Positions 12,629 to 27,200 of a DNA stretch of 64,000 nucleotides are shown piece after piece. How positions within the stretch are numbered: the stretch's first letter is position 1; each line of letters opens with the position of its first letter. A program made the position numbers and the translations under genes. This stretch comes from Patellaria atrata CBS 101060 (taxonomy: Eukaryota): positions 1,014,004-1,078,003 of the forward strand of contig MU006096.1 in assembly GCA_010093705.1 (NCBI GenBank), written 5' to 3'. Below the pieces are notes generated by a model. The model was not told where the DNA came from. It searched no databases and worked only from the letters and a program-made list of their open reading frames with translations.

Positions 12629-13456
12629 GAGACGTTTAAGCTCTTATGCTGATCTTGTGATGAAGAAGTGGTTGGGTCAAGGAGCATCTATCTGCACCTA
12701 TGAGTGTGAGAAATACCAGAGAGCATTTTCAGGGGGAGAAGAGAAATAGGATTTACGCGAGAACAAGCTCTCAGGTTTACCTTGAATGTGGATTTGTTAT
12801 CTTTTATACAAGAATCAAGTGCATAATTGTAGGAACTAAAGAGTGGAACATGGGAATGGTAAAGGTCGACAATCAGTGCGTATGTAGAAGCTTACTTTCA
12901 CATAGACTAGCATGAAGAGTTTCTTGTTGTCCGTACGTCCCAACACTTGATATCGTAGTGAAAACTTGATTTCACTGGTAGAGGAACGTTTACGGCCGTT
13001 GAATCTAGTCCCAGATCCATTGCATCCCGAAGGATGACTTCAGTCAACCCCAAGGACGTGAAATTATGAAGACTGTTTTAGGTGACAGAACACTCCTTTG
13101 ATAGGGGAACGATATTTCTGAACCCTATGAAGCTGATATTCAATTTCCCATTCGTTTAGAGTTTAATGAGGTCGGTAATGTTCTGTAGTGCCCCTTTTTA
13201 TTTATCGGTGTTGTTGCGTTTATCATCTAGAACTAAGGGTTGAAATAAGCTTTATATTGCTGAAGGCGCGATTTGCCATGTTAGGATGGCCGTACCTTTC
13301 AAAATTCTGTCTTGCATTTAACGGCATGGCTAGTACATCCTGTAGTTCATTATGTTTATAGTGCTAATCGAAAACGCGTAGATAACCTACCATATAACAT
13401 TCCCATAACAGCATTCAAACCTAGAAAACTCCCTATTGCCCTTGTGTCATCCTATA

Positions 13457-14908
13457 CTACTCACCTTTTAAGCTCTCCCCGCGATGTTTGGGCGGTACCC
13501 ATACATCAAAAACAACATGCACAACTCCCGGCGCAAAAGTTTTCACCCTCGCCACGTCCTCCACTCTGACCTCCTCTCCCTTCCCTCCCAGCGTCTTCAC
13601 CTTTGAACCTATTGCTCTAGCACACTCCGTAGCCGCAGCCGCAATTGATGTTGGATTGTCCGCTACATTCTCATGCACGTGCGCCCAACCACCAAGGTCG
13701 GAATCCAGGACATGAACAGCGGTCGTCCAGCTATCCCGCGACGTGGGTAAGATGCCCAAGTTGACGTGGCGGATAGGGGGAATATACGGTCTTAACTGGC
13801 GTATCCGAGGCAGGGAGAGCTCTGACTCATTCGATTCATTAAAAACAACGAACTTAGTCTCCTCATCCGCCATAGCTTTAACATCCTCCCCCCTGCCCGT
13901 CTCCCCCGTACCCAAAACCACATAACCCCACCCATTCCTCTCCGCACCTCTCCTCAACCCCTCCACACTCCACGGATTCAGGTCCCAACACAGGATCTTC
14001 GAGACCCCTGCTTTGGCGTACGAGAAAGCGAAATAGCCGATGCCGGCGTAGAGGTCCACAGCACTGCTAGGACCTAACCGGACCGTAGAGAGGACACTCG
14101 GGAGGGAGAGGAGCCGGGTTTTCTCGCGGATATTGCCGCGCGAGAACATGGTGTAGAGGGGTGCCCAGATCTGGTGGATTCCGTTTTGGGTTGCTTGGAC
14201 CCAGAAAGCGGTGGTGAAATCGGATTGAGTGGGAGGAGTAGTAAGGGTAGATGGGTGGGGTCCGAAGTCGCCGTGTAGGGGGATAATGTTGGTAGGGGCC
14301 CGGATGATGTTGGGTTCATCTTGGGAGGAAGGGGAGGTGGTTAGGGGGATCGGTGCGTTAATGGCGAGATGGGTTACGTGGAGCGCATTGGTAATATAGG
14401 CAAAGAAATCAGCCTTGCGTTCTTCCAAGAGTGTTTGAAAGAGGGAGGTCCATTCGGAGCTCGAGAATGCGCTAGGTGGGAGAAGCACCATTGGGGTGTA
14501 GATGGAATAGGTCTTGGGAATTAAAGAGGGGGATATGCTTTTCTTGTGCTCGGCGAGCCATAAGGCTACGGCGCTATGAATTGCGTTTTCTTTTGGTCCG
14601 CGTGGTGATATTGTTAATATACTGTTACTGTCCGATCCATTCGGTTGAGTGATGATTTTGATAGAGACGTCCAAGTCCTCCAGTCCAAGCTCTTTCATCC
14701 ACTGTTTAGGAATTTCACAATATAAACTACCAGCTAATTGTTCCCCAGTGTTCGATAATGGAAAAGTTGTTGGAATGAGAAATGCGCCCTCCACATCCAA
14801 CGAAGGTTGAATGCCTACAAATTTAAGAAACTTTTGCTGACGCTCGAGTGCTGTTTTGACAGTTTTCACGTCTTTTCTCTTCACCTGAAAGTATACAGTG
14901 CTGGACAT
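13457..14908 (-). CDS. TYW2: tRNA wybutosine-synthesizing protein 2 (Met10+-like SAM-dependent transferase)
   Basis: 483 aa ORF with QNGIHQIWAPLYTMFSRGNIREKTR, VDLYAGIGYFAFSY, DLNPWSVEGLRRG, HVNLGILPTS, HVHENV and VKTFAPGVVHVVFD, all Trm12/Tyw2 motifs. Confidence 0.92.
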   Translation of the reverse strand: MSSTVYFQVKRKDVKTVKTALERQQKFLKFVGIQPSLDVEGAFLIPTTFPLSNTGEQLAGSLYCEIPKQWMKELGLEDLDVSIKIITQPNGSDSNSILTISPRGPKENAIHSAVALWLAEHKKSISPSLIPKTYSIYTPMVLLPPSAFSSSEWTSLFQTLLEERKADFFAYITNALHVTHLAINAPIPLTTSPSSQDEPNIIRAPTNIIPLHGDFGPHPSTLTTPPTQSDFTTAFWVQATQNGIHQIWAPLYTMFSRGNIREKTRLLSLPSVLSTVRLGPSSAVDLYAGIGYFAFSYAKAGVSKILCWDLNPWSVEGLRRGAERNGWGYVVLGTGETGRGEDVKAMADEETKFVVFNESNESELSLPRIRQLRPYIPPIRHVNLGILPTSRDSWTTAVHVLDSDLGGWAHVHENVADNPTSIAAAATECARAIGSKVKTLGGKGEEVRVEDVARVKTFAPGVVHVVFDVWVPPKHRGESLKGE

Positions 14909-15449
14909 GTCTTGAGCCGAAAATACGAGTATGAAGGTAGAACTATGGCGGCAAAGACAATCTCAGCGACTGATATACTGCAACGAGCTGTTGGCTAGAT
15001 GAACAGTTGTACTGTACGTCTCATGATGAAGCTCTCCTAAATTTGACATTCAGAAATATACAATGAAAGAGGTCTGCGACCAGGATATGGGCAGAGAACT
15101 TGAAGTGATAATAGCTGTGGTGAGGTGTATTATATCTTAAAATTATCTTGTAGGAAGACTGTAATGGGAGAATTAGGGAGGAGCGGAGGGAGCGGAGCGG
15201 GTGACCCCTAAATATACTACTTTTGACTAGCTGCTTCTGAGCATCCAATATTTCTTCGTTGAATTGCTGAGTTGCAATTCTACTCATTTCCAAATTAATT
15301 TCACATTCTGCGGTCTCTATACTTTAGAACAACTTATTAGGCAAGGGCAGACTTTGCCGCTCTCTGCCCTATCAAGAACTAGAACTAAAGGTCGAACTAA
15401 GCGAAACTAAATCTGCACACTCGTCGGTTCGCAGTAAAGACAAAAGTTT

Positions 15450-16439
15450 CACCCCATAGTATTGTAATCCTCATCAACGAGTATATGATCCCCCTTGTCA
15501 TCAGAATGCTTCAGATAAAAAGGGCCCATTTACGAAATGGAAGAGGTAACTGCATCGGCCATTTCCAGTCTCCATTTGAACGTAAGATAATCATCCACTT
15601 GAAGACTTTTGAATTGATTCGTGGCGATAAGGTCTAATTGCCGCTGAAACATAGATATGTATGCGTCTCTAGAAGATTTGAACGGACCCAGGAGTTCCTC
15701 AGCCGAAGAGAAGAGCTGAGACTGAGTAAAGGGCCCAACTTTGCTTCTCGTTTCAGTCGGAGTAAGACAGTCAGTCAAGTCTAGTAGGAGTTTCTCAATT
15801 TCGAAATACATTTTTACTAGTTGATTTCAAATCTTCATTCACTGATTGTCCGTAGTCATGTTCCAATACAAAGGAGTTCCAACGATCTTCTGCATGAGTA
15901 TAAACGAGACTCCGACTGGGTTGTCTTCGCTTGAAGCGTAATGAAATATCTTTGGAGAACAAACCTTAGGATTTTCGAGAAATTTTAAAGTGGATGCTTC
16001 ACTAAGAATGGCCCAATTCCCGCACCGGTGCCGGAGGCATCCGAGGATGGTCTTGTTGAATCCTCGCTATCCACGTCTCGTCATCTTCGAAGAGAACGTC
16101 TAAATGAAGATTCTGTCCGCCCATTTGAGTTGATATCAATTTCACGCGGGATTCCGCATCCAAAGAGGTCGCAAGGGCGGAAATCTTGCACGGTATCGGT
16201 TTTTCATCCCGACACTTGCTCGCTATCTCACACAAGGCCTTTTCATACCGGCACTTGCTTGCTATCTCACACAAAGCTTCTGCCTTAATTCTGGACAACA
16301 ACGCTGATAGACGTTCTTCTGAAGCGCTGTGGTAGGCGGCCCGGTATTCACTCCAAGCTTTGTCACGTCCTGCTTTAGTTGAGGTTCCAGGCGATTTGGT
16401 ATCACTTTGGCCAGAATCACATGTACCATTTTGGGGCAT
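15450..16439 (-). pseudogene. Disrupted aminoglycoside-phosphotransferase (APH)/kinase-like gene
   Basis: Collinear motifs GGQNLHLDVLFEDDETWIARI, ILSEASTLKFL...NPVGVSFILMQKIVGTPLYW and GPFYLKHSDDKGDHILVDEDYN. They are interrupted by a frameshift near 16005, two TGA stops near 15825-15845 and a TAA at about 15530. The downstream IDWE motif is missing. Confidence 0.8.
16201..16278. repeat. 39 bp imperfect tandem duplication inside the APH pseudogene
   Basis: ttttcatcccgacacttgctcgctatctcacacaaggcc and ttttcataccggcacttgcttgctatctcacacaaagct; encodes ALCEIASKCR twice. Confidence 0.85.
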
Positions 16440-17795
16440 TTATGAAATTCAGCGAGCGCATGTTTGAAACAGAAATGGTGGGCGCAAATCATGCAACTCC
16501 CGAATTATGTTCTGCTGCTACATCGCACCCAGGTACATCGCATATTCGAAGGATTCCTTGATTACAGTCCCCCATATCTCAAACCCAGATTGAGGTATGG
16601 ATAGATGTTATCAGAGTCTTCTAAATTTTAAATAAGCTCTTCCTAACTCTAGATCGCGGTCGTACTATTAAGAGGGGGAAGGCAAGTAAATTTTCGGTTT
16701 CCATAGAATAAAGCTCCATCCGGTCGAAAGGGCCGGAAGAGAGTCATTGTTGTTAGATTTTGAGTTACACTACATATTCTAAAACTGGACTAGGAAACTC
16801 TGCTGGCTGGAAGCAGGAAGGTATCGAAAACCTTGGCATAATTCGTGTATTTTAGACTAGATTGAACCCCCATATGCTATGATATGTAGAGGAAATAAGG
16901 TATTGTCTCTTTCAATTCCGAGATCTGACAATAGTCTCGGCGCTAAAGCTGCTTTGATCCTGTAAAAGCCCCTGCGTTGAGCATAATCTCAGCTTCTCAT
17001 CAAATACTAGGTACGGTGAAGGAGATGTTCACCCAACGGATGGAGATTCCGTAACCTGTAAATGACTGAACATTTCCAAAGCATATCTACGACTCGGAGC
17101 TAATTTGAGCGATGCAGCCCTCTTAAGCAAAAGCTTTCGTATAAGTTTCGTGACCATCATGGCGATAACGACCATGTTGTATAGCCAGTCAATGACTGTC
17201 GTAATTCATAGTGATTTAGATCATCTTATATGTTCACACTTAGTGTAAACTTATAGACGGAAAATGAATGCTGTATAGAGAGATCACAAAGCTGGAACTG
17301 GTCCGCTAGCGGACCAAGGGTAGCTGGGAAATATATGATTATATAATCCACATGCTGCAAGGCAAAATCATCTTCCCCGTCGTGGATGGATTCCTTGGTA
17401 TCGCTATGCTTCTAGAATAATTCGCAGCGGACTGTTAATTCTCTAGTCTCAACCAATTGTCGTTACCCGTGCGGCGTGTGGTCAGGTCTCACGCTCTATT
17501 AGACATCATTCGTAGGTTTTGACGTACCTATATTGAGTGTCAAACGAATCTCTGGGAAGCGAGTGTACCGTAATGGGAAGGGTGCTAATGATGGATGGAG
17601 TCAAGACACATCACAACAAGTGGTGTGAACGAACAAACGGAATCAAACTACAAACTATCATGCCTCTTTTTGGCCCTATCAGATTTGAAAGAGGAATCTC
17701 GCAAATCATTATATCATCTGAACCTCATTGATAGTCGCCAGTTTGTTTCCGTGCATAATTCGATCTCTTCCTCGTGACTAACTTGACACCAAGCA

Positions 17796-18065
17796 TGGAT
17801 AACCACCGACATCTTATACGGGATATTTCTGGGTGATTATAGAATATTTAACATTATGGAGTCGGAGCTAGTCATTCTTCCTGCGATAATATGTCAACGT
17901 GCTAGATTCGCAACTAGAATGCATCTCCGGGCATGCCTCAGAGTTAGGTTCGACCGCGACGAGGTCGAGCATCTCCAACGGTGCATCGAGGGTATTGTAG
18001 CACTTTGTGGAAAGGATATTACAGGTATGCTAAGGGTTTCTGATATACCTGATGAAGAGACTTAA
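17796..18065 (+). pseudogene. C-terminal exon remnant of a fungal AhpD/carboxymuconolactone-decarboxylase-like protein
   Basis: After a CTAAC..AG acceptor-like site the frame reads WITTDILYGIFLGDYRIFNIMESELVILPAIICQ...RMHLRACLRV...EVEHLQRCIEGIV, resembling the YG-x-F-L-x-D...E-x-ELV...HLR pattern recalled for this family. No intact upstream exons found. Confidence 0.45.
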
Positions 18066-18791
18066 GCTACCGGTTTATGATTACCATACATTAAATATTG
18101 GTACATCACCCTTTTATTGAAAGGTTAACGGAGTTCGCAATGGAATTCAAATAGGCTCAATGAATAGCCATAGCATCCAGATTGCTATCCGAGTCTTGTT
18201 TCAGTCATCCCACCCCTTTAGGTAAATCCGCATAGTGAATGTGACTCCCAATCTCCATACTTCTAAGGTAGATCAATTATATTGCTTGAAGGGTGTGCGG
18301 TGACGTTAGTTATAGAGATTAATAGTACAGATAGTTAACTTATGAATTTGGTAACAAGTTGGAGTGCTGACGGGAAAGAATGTATTGTATGTTAGGTTGT
18401 AGTAACATTTCGGAGCGGAAGAACCTATTCGGGTGATTCTTCTGCCAAGGAAGCCGTCAATACAACTCGAAGTCCAAGCGCCAAAGCTCTAGTTCTATCC
18501 CACCGTGCTGGAACCACATCATACGAAGTTCACGATACCCCCTTACGCAACCTGGCCTCGAAAAAATACTTTAAATCTCCTTAAGTCTGTAAAACTGTAC
18601 CTACTTCCTTGTCGCACTGTGCGCTCTGTTCGCTGCTCCTAAACGCCTACGTTCTGCACGTCATTGTCGCCTGCCGAATCCGGAACAACAACACAATCTA
18701 GCCCTCCAGATCTTCTGTGCCCTACCTCACCCACCGGAGCCTACGAGCTTCGAGTATCGATAATTATCTCACCAAGACGGAGTTCACAATT

Positions 18792-20076
<1,285 letters not shown>

Positions 20077-20913
20077 GCTCTACCTTAGCAGTTTCCATGA
20101 GAGTTTCAGCATACCAGCGTTTGTGGGCCTGCATGACTGGTGATAGACTGTAGATAGTCTCTGGTCTATCAGTATCAGCCAAAACAAGATAATGCGATCA
20201 CGTGTACTATGAGATGATGGACAATTTTAGTGAACTTGATATATAGCTGAAGGTGACCATGAATCTTTTCTCCTCAAGCCAAGGGGTCATCGCTCTCGAT
20301 CTAGACACAGAACGCTTGTTGGTTTGACAGCTCATGGCTCCATTGCCAAGTCTCACTACTTGTGCGCTTTCGCCTCCTACCACCTACCTTATCACTGCGA
20401 GCTCTATCGATCCCCTCCACTCCTTCAAACGCGCATTTTCCTCACTGTTCCGATTCCACACTGAACCCAACTCTTATAAGCTCAAGACGTTCCGGTCTCC
20501 CATTGGCGAATTACATGATAGCTAGTCGTATAAGCATAGTTTATTCGTACTACAATACTATAACTACCAGTATATCATAAGCAACAACGAAGACCTTCGA
20601 GCTGACCAGAGTTGTAGTCGGCCTCCCGTCCTATAAGGGACTTCCCGGTCCGAACCGGATCCGGCCCGTTACTGTATTGGTGACTTATCGGAACACCAAC
20701 TTGGTTAGCGTGGAAATTGCAAAGGTCATCGCGACCTGCCTCAGGTTGATAGACTTTTTACCTGTGCACGCGCGTTTATCCAATCCATCCGATACCTTAT
20801 TATGGTGAGCACGGTCAGGTAGATCGCGGTGAGGAATTTTCGAGTACACTTCTAGTTTTCTCAATACCAAATTCTCCATTGAAAGTACTCTTTCTCTCTC
20901 ACTATTATCCACC

Positions 20914-22336
20914 ATGTCGCTTTTGAATCTCCCGGTCGAATTGATCACACTCACAGTGGATTATCATCTGGAAAAGTCGGATTTGCTCAACTTGCGCCTC
21001 TGTTGCAGAACTCTCGACGAGAAAACCAAGGACTTCTTTATCCAATTATTCTTCTCTTGACGTTCCCATATAATCACCATTCACAGCCTTCAAACGCTCG
21101 TGCAGATCTCCAAGTCCTACCTAGCCACATATGTCCGCAGCTTAATCATCAACACAATGTCTATTGATCTTTATGTTTTAAAAGATGAGAGGCAAAGTTC
21201 GCTAGAAGTTATTATTTCACACAAAACAAAATTGTGTGAATTTATGTTTGAGCAATAACGTTTGAGAACCTCAGGTACAGCGCAGTCAATGCTAACCACA
21301 GCGTTTCAAAGTTTGGTAAACTGTCACTATGTGACTGTACGAGATACTGACAAACGACGGCACAAATCGAGTATCGCGGCAGATGAAGTCAACAAGGGTA
21401 GTAGGCATAACATTGCGCCATATGGAATGGGCATGATCCAGAGGACGACTGGCTATATTCCATCGGCAGGTGCTGTGCTACCTTCTTTCTCAGGGGATAT
21501 ATTTGCTCAGGTCCTGTATGTCGCAAAGGAATCGAACCTGATACTCCATTCGCTCACTTTGGATACTCTGTGTGTGTGGATTTGTGCCGTAATGAATTCG
21601 ATCTTGTGACTCTTCCTATGTACGATCTGCATCAATTCAAGACTACACTGAATGCACTCCAGTTTCTACATCCGTCATTTGGAGCAGTAAACCTAGGGAC
21701 CCCTGCCCAGACAGATTTCTTGACGATATGTTTATCTAATTTATTTTTGGCGAATCTCCCCTTCTTGGCTCGTTGAGCCTTGATATTCTCCACCGTGAAA
21801 ACGTGGACATATTGTTCGAACATCTTGCCTTCCAGAGGATGCATAAGGTATTTCTCCCTTAGTGGCAGACTCTGTCTATAACAGATGTCAAGCTTGCTAA
21901 GGGACGGTCTTTCTTTGACCTTAGTCAAACGTTCCGTACATTGAAGAGCTTAACATTAGAAAATATCGATATCGTCTACACAAAATATTGGCAAGAAGAT
22001 CTCGGTAGGCTAAGGGATAGCTTGTCTCTGAGTGGTTTACAGCTGTTTGTCTTGGAAGACCGAGAAGGTAGATCGCTTAGGTTTCAATTCCCCAAGGGAT
22101 ACGAAGATACAATGCCAGGTACGGAGATATAGAGTGAGAAAAGCGTGTCCTATGTAGGAGCAGATATGACGCGCTTTCTCGACCATGTCATTAAATACTC
22201 CAAATTTGGTTCTCTAGATTCTGACAAGATTGATGGTTCCGATTTCTCCGATATCTACGCTCAGGTCTGTGACATGTATGACTTCTCTGACTCCTGCGAC
22301 TCCGATGACTCCGACTGTTCATACCGGGTTGGATAG
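20914..22336 (+). pseudogene. Disrupted F-box (LRR-like) protein gene
   Basis: ATG at 20914 gives MSLLNLPVELITLTVDYHLEKSDLLNLRLCCRTL (F-box). In-frame stops at 21058, 21256, about 21860 and 22130. Frameshifts at a TG run near 21570 and near 21772. LRR-like LKSLTLENI lies downstream. Confidence 0.75.
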
Positions 22337-24271
22337 GACTGCACCGTCGATCAAATGACTGAGCTTTCCAAACGCCATGACTTCATTTCTCACAGAGACA
22401 CGCTCAGTCTGACATTCGGCTCTGATCTCTTCCGCATTGTGAGGTTCTTCACCTATACCGTTGCTCTCATACTGGTCTCCAACTTTGCTTCACCATGGAC
22501 CCAGAAGGATACAAGATCACCCCTAACCTTAATTATGGTCCAAACGTGGAACTGCCTAACTGGACACGCGCTCTTAAAAACTTGTTTTGGTCCCCTGCAC
22601 GACGAACTCTTAATGTACGAATCCCACTACAACCGATGTAGTTGGCAACAATACGGTCAAAAGAGTTTGTCTGATACTGCGGATTGGCAATCTCCCAGTA
22701 GTTGTTCGGCAAGCATATAGAGCTAGCTACTTTCACTAGCCAGTTATTTACCACTAAAATCGCGAATTGGACACGGCTTCTCCTAACTTCCTTGACTTGG
22801 CATTAGAAAGGGATGAGTGGATGCTGATAGGATGCTGGGTACATAGTCGAATATGGTGGAGTTTCTTTTCTCTTCTAGCGGCGTCCAGTCTTGAGCATCT
22901 CTGTCGACACGGGTTGGGATCGGTTTGAGGGATATAGTTGAATGTAAAATCTTGATACAATAATACCATCAGAAACCAGGGAACCGATGATCACTACAAA
23001 TCTGCTATGGTATGACTGATACCCTTTTCATGAACTCAGAAGAAAGATAACTACAACACCCACGCCTCGAGAGGATTACCTTCATTCTACACAACCCTCC
23101 ATCTCGACCCACTCCTCCCTTAAGAGATGGCTGAAACGAACTACCTCCCAAACCCTCCTGCAATCTGCAACGCAACCCCTTCAAGTCCTTCGACCTAGAC
23201 AGACAGACAGATACTGGCCACCTACGTAAAAACCTCTCTTTCTACACCAACATCGTAAGCAAACCCCCGAACTACCTCACCTACCCCTTCTCCTTTCCCT
23301 TCTTCCGCCGTCCCAGCCCTTCACAAAACCCACTTACCCTCTCTACAGTCTACAGAATCCGACTCCACGAGAAATGTAGAATCGACACAGGAGACTAACA
23401 ACCTTCTACCAAGCAGTTGAATGTATAGATACGGTTACAACGCTAATCTAGACGCGATACGGGCACGGTGATGGGTGAGCTGATGCAGGAGAACAGCTCG
23501 GGAGGTATCAGAGAGGCAGGGAGACGTTGGGAGGGGAACATTTCTGCGATGGGCATGTAAGCGATCATTCCGTCTTGGGAGGATCTGGATCGGCTTAGAG
23601 AAGTGGGACAAAGTGACTTGGAGAATCTCGACATCATCACAGCTCACATTACCAAATCAAAGGGCTATATAGTTCCTACTGATTAAAGACGATAGCACCA
23701 AGACCCGATCAAGTTTCAAGATTATTGCTTGTATTTGTATTGAAAGCTATCGGAAAGGGGCAGAACTAGCAAGGAAGCTCTACATGTAACAAAAGGCCGA
23801 AAAAGCCCACGTAGAGGTGGGGGTGCAGCCAAAAACGCACGGGTGATGATGGAAAAGATGAGAGCTACGAAAGATTCTCCTGAGCGCCAGTTTCCACAAT
23901 AGGAAGAACAGATGCGCAGGTGGGGCAATGTCCAAAGCTCTTGTTACGCTGGGAAATTCCTCCCACAGAATACCACACGAAAGATTTCCGTCCGATTGTT
24001 TCTGTAGCCCTTCCCTAAGATTTGCAGAAATTCATTTGTTCTGCACGAAACAGCCTGTTAGAAGACCATGATGAAAAAGACTGGTAAATGAATCAGCCGT
24101 GTGACCGACTGTTGGTTTCATGTTGATTGAGTGATTTGATGTTAAACATGACTGGATGAAGTCAATGAATGGCACCTATGCCCCTGTTCCAAGATTACAA
24201 CTTTGAAAAGAGATCGAGTATGTGCCAAATGCTACACTTGATGCTACATACGTAGCCTTCGACAAGAATGC

Positions 24272-27200
24272 TTAGTGGACTACACCGGGGTTGCGCTGCT
24301 TCCACGTAGCACTCTGAGAGGATGAAGTGCGACTGTTGGTCCAACCATTGCGTGATGAATTTGGACGGGGAGATCTAGCTTGTCCTGGGTTTTGATTGGT
24401 GCCCTGAAAGTTGCCCGAAGTCCTGCGAGACTGCGCGTTCGAATTACCCGCCTCGGTCTTTTCACGAGGGGAGTTGTTGCCATGTCCTTTCTTCTTGAAG
24501 TTTCCGGAGCTCTTCCTGACGTTCTGTACTCTCTGCTTGAAGAAAGCATGCTTGGTTTGCTGGCCAGGCAAACGGATGATGAGTTTAAAACCCAACTCGG
24601 TGAGCTCGGCGTTAGTCAGAGCTCCGGAGAATGGTTCAATGGATAGAGCATCGACATTACGATGAAACTTGAATACCGGACGAGAAACCTGCAAAGGCTT
24701 GGACGGGAGATGCGCATTGGTATAGGGCCCGCGCGACAACATTACCGTAGGACGAGAACCAAACTCGGGAACGTTGATGAGTGCCTCAGCCATAGTCTTG
24801 GTGTCGACATCAGAGCTGTCATCGACGGCAAAGAGACTTTGTTTCGGTGAAACAGCAACTTCATCGTGGCTAGGAAGTGAGACCGTTGCTCCAATTGCAC
24901 CAGGTCGTTGAGAGACCACGTCGAGAGGTGCCTTGGAAGCCGAGGTTACAGCAAGTGCTTGAGCCTTTGGTGGCGATTGAGGGAGCTTGACTGGTTGAAC
25001 GGGAGAATGTTGGGGTGTTCCTCTCAGAAGATTGGAGAATCTATCTTGCCAAGCTCGTTGGTTGACGATCGGACCTGGGCCACCAGGTGCTTTAACCGGT
25101 TGAGGACCGGGAAATTGTTGGTCTGGCATAATGACATTTCTCTGGGGTGGACTATGAGGACGTGGAAGCTTCACGACCACCTTTGGACCGGGTAGATTAA
25201 CTCTTGGATGCTCAATATCTCCGTCGAACACTGGGTGACCGACCTCCTCGGGTGGAGGTGAAGGAGGCAAATGCAAGAAGTCTGCAGGCTGCGCACTGGT
25301 AGACTCGTTGGGACGAGGGAAGAATCGCGAAGGACGCGGACCAGCGGAGGTGTGAACGCCCGAATTTAATTGATTGGTGACTGTCAAGGGTGGCGTGATT
25401 TGCTCTTTGGCTGGGAGACGTTGCTGGGTTGACTCTGCGTTTCCTCCTATGGCAGGAACTTGATTGGAAGTAAGCGGGCTAACATTTTGGTGACCTTGGT
25501 TCTTAGCAGCATCCGCTTTGTTCTTCTCAATCAACGCAATCTTTTCGACACGGCGCGAGCCATAGGCGTCGTATGTGCTCTCAACCTGCTTGAACGTACT
25601 TTGAAAACCCATTTTCCCATCTCTGCCTTCAGTCGGCCGTTTGTAGGGATCTGCTTTTCTGGGAACGGGTTGTCTTTCCCCTTGTTGCAGCTCCTTTGTA
25701 AAGTTGACCCAGTCACCAGCGCTGAATGGAGATCGCTTGGCTGGGCCTGAGGTGCCAGCAGCCCTTGTTCCAATAGGAGCTTGCCTTTGGGGCATACCGT
25801 CGTCGAGTGGAGCTTCTCTACGAACAGGCATACCGTTATTAACCGGAGCTTGTCTTCGCACAGATAGATTGTTATCGCTTGCAAAAAGCTGAGGACGACC
25901 GTCCGTAGCCGACGGGATCAAATTTGGAGCCTCTTGGATCGAGGTAGTTTCAATCATGTTTAGATTGTTGGATGGAGAAATTCGAGCAGCTGAGGTAGGT
26001 GGTGCAATTGGGCCCGGAGCTGGACTTCGGATAGGCGTGGGTTGCTGCTGGTGCGCTTGTCTGTCGGTGACTCTATTGAAGTCGTTGGATTGGAAAGTGC
26101 CGTTGCCAAGAGGTGGTGCACGGTCTCTGCTTTGAGGAGCTGCCCAGACGTTGGAAGTTGGTGTAGAATGCGATACGATCGGTGCTTGTCCCCAAACGTT
26201 GTATGACTCAGGGCTTGGACCTTTCCAGCCTGTAGCTTTGCGGTCTGTCGCAGCCGAGTTCGTTGTTAAATGTGGATCGCTTGCGGCGACGGAAGTGCTG
26301 TCCGAGGTCGGTCGAGTCGGGCGGCTGGGGATCTGAGGAATTGAGTTGGGAGATTTTCCAGGTGACGGAAGAGGACGTTGCAAAGTTGTTTGCTCGTGGG
26401 AATTGTCGGCGCGATTGGAGGCAATGGTAGAAGGAACAGATTTTCTTGGAGGATAGACAGGATGTGGTTGGTGAACTTTCATGAGTCCATATTGAGCAAC
26501 TTCCTCTGGTGAGGTTGGAATTGGAGGTTTTGGAGGAGAGAGTGTGGGTTGTGCGGTCAAGTTTGAAGTCGAGGTGGCTGGTTCCTCGCCTCGTTGAGCA
26601 GAGATCTCGCTTATCGCCGTAGCAACGGAAGCCGGAGCTTCTCGTGAATCGACCACAGCGGCACCCCGCTCATCACGTGCAGCTCCTTCCTTAACATTCT
26701 TCAGAGGCTCCTTCTTTTCTAGTGGGGGTGCAAGCTGTGCTAGCTTCAGCCTTAGTCGCTCCTTCTTCGCCGCCTCTTCCTTCTCCTCCTCTTCCCTGCG
26801 TCGTTGTTTCTCCTGTCTCGCCCGCTCGAGTTTCTCACGCATAACTTGCTGTTGTAAAACAACCGCATCTTGACTTGGTTGCTGCGAACTCTGTTGCGCC
26901 TGCGTGGCCTCGGTAATAGACGGAGATGCCACTGAGCCGTACGGGGAAACTGGCTGCGCGTGGCTCATGGCAGGAGATGCTTGCTGCGCCCAACCCTTTT
27001 GACTTCCAGCGGGAGAGAGGCCACGTTCAGTAACGGATCGGAGGTCCTGCGAGAGAATTGGCTTTGAAACACCTGTCGGAGTAATTATTTCTGAGCCGCT
27101 GATAGATTGTGATCCCCTCCTTTGGTGTACGGTATCAAGTGGTAGATTTCCCATGTCCGGCCTGGTGAATGACATCCTGCGTCCTTGGCCGAGACTACCA

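Noticed and set aside
23050..23700. Short ORFs around the 23.4 kb skew centre
   Set aside because: No homology recognised; compatible with compositional bias alone.
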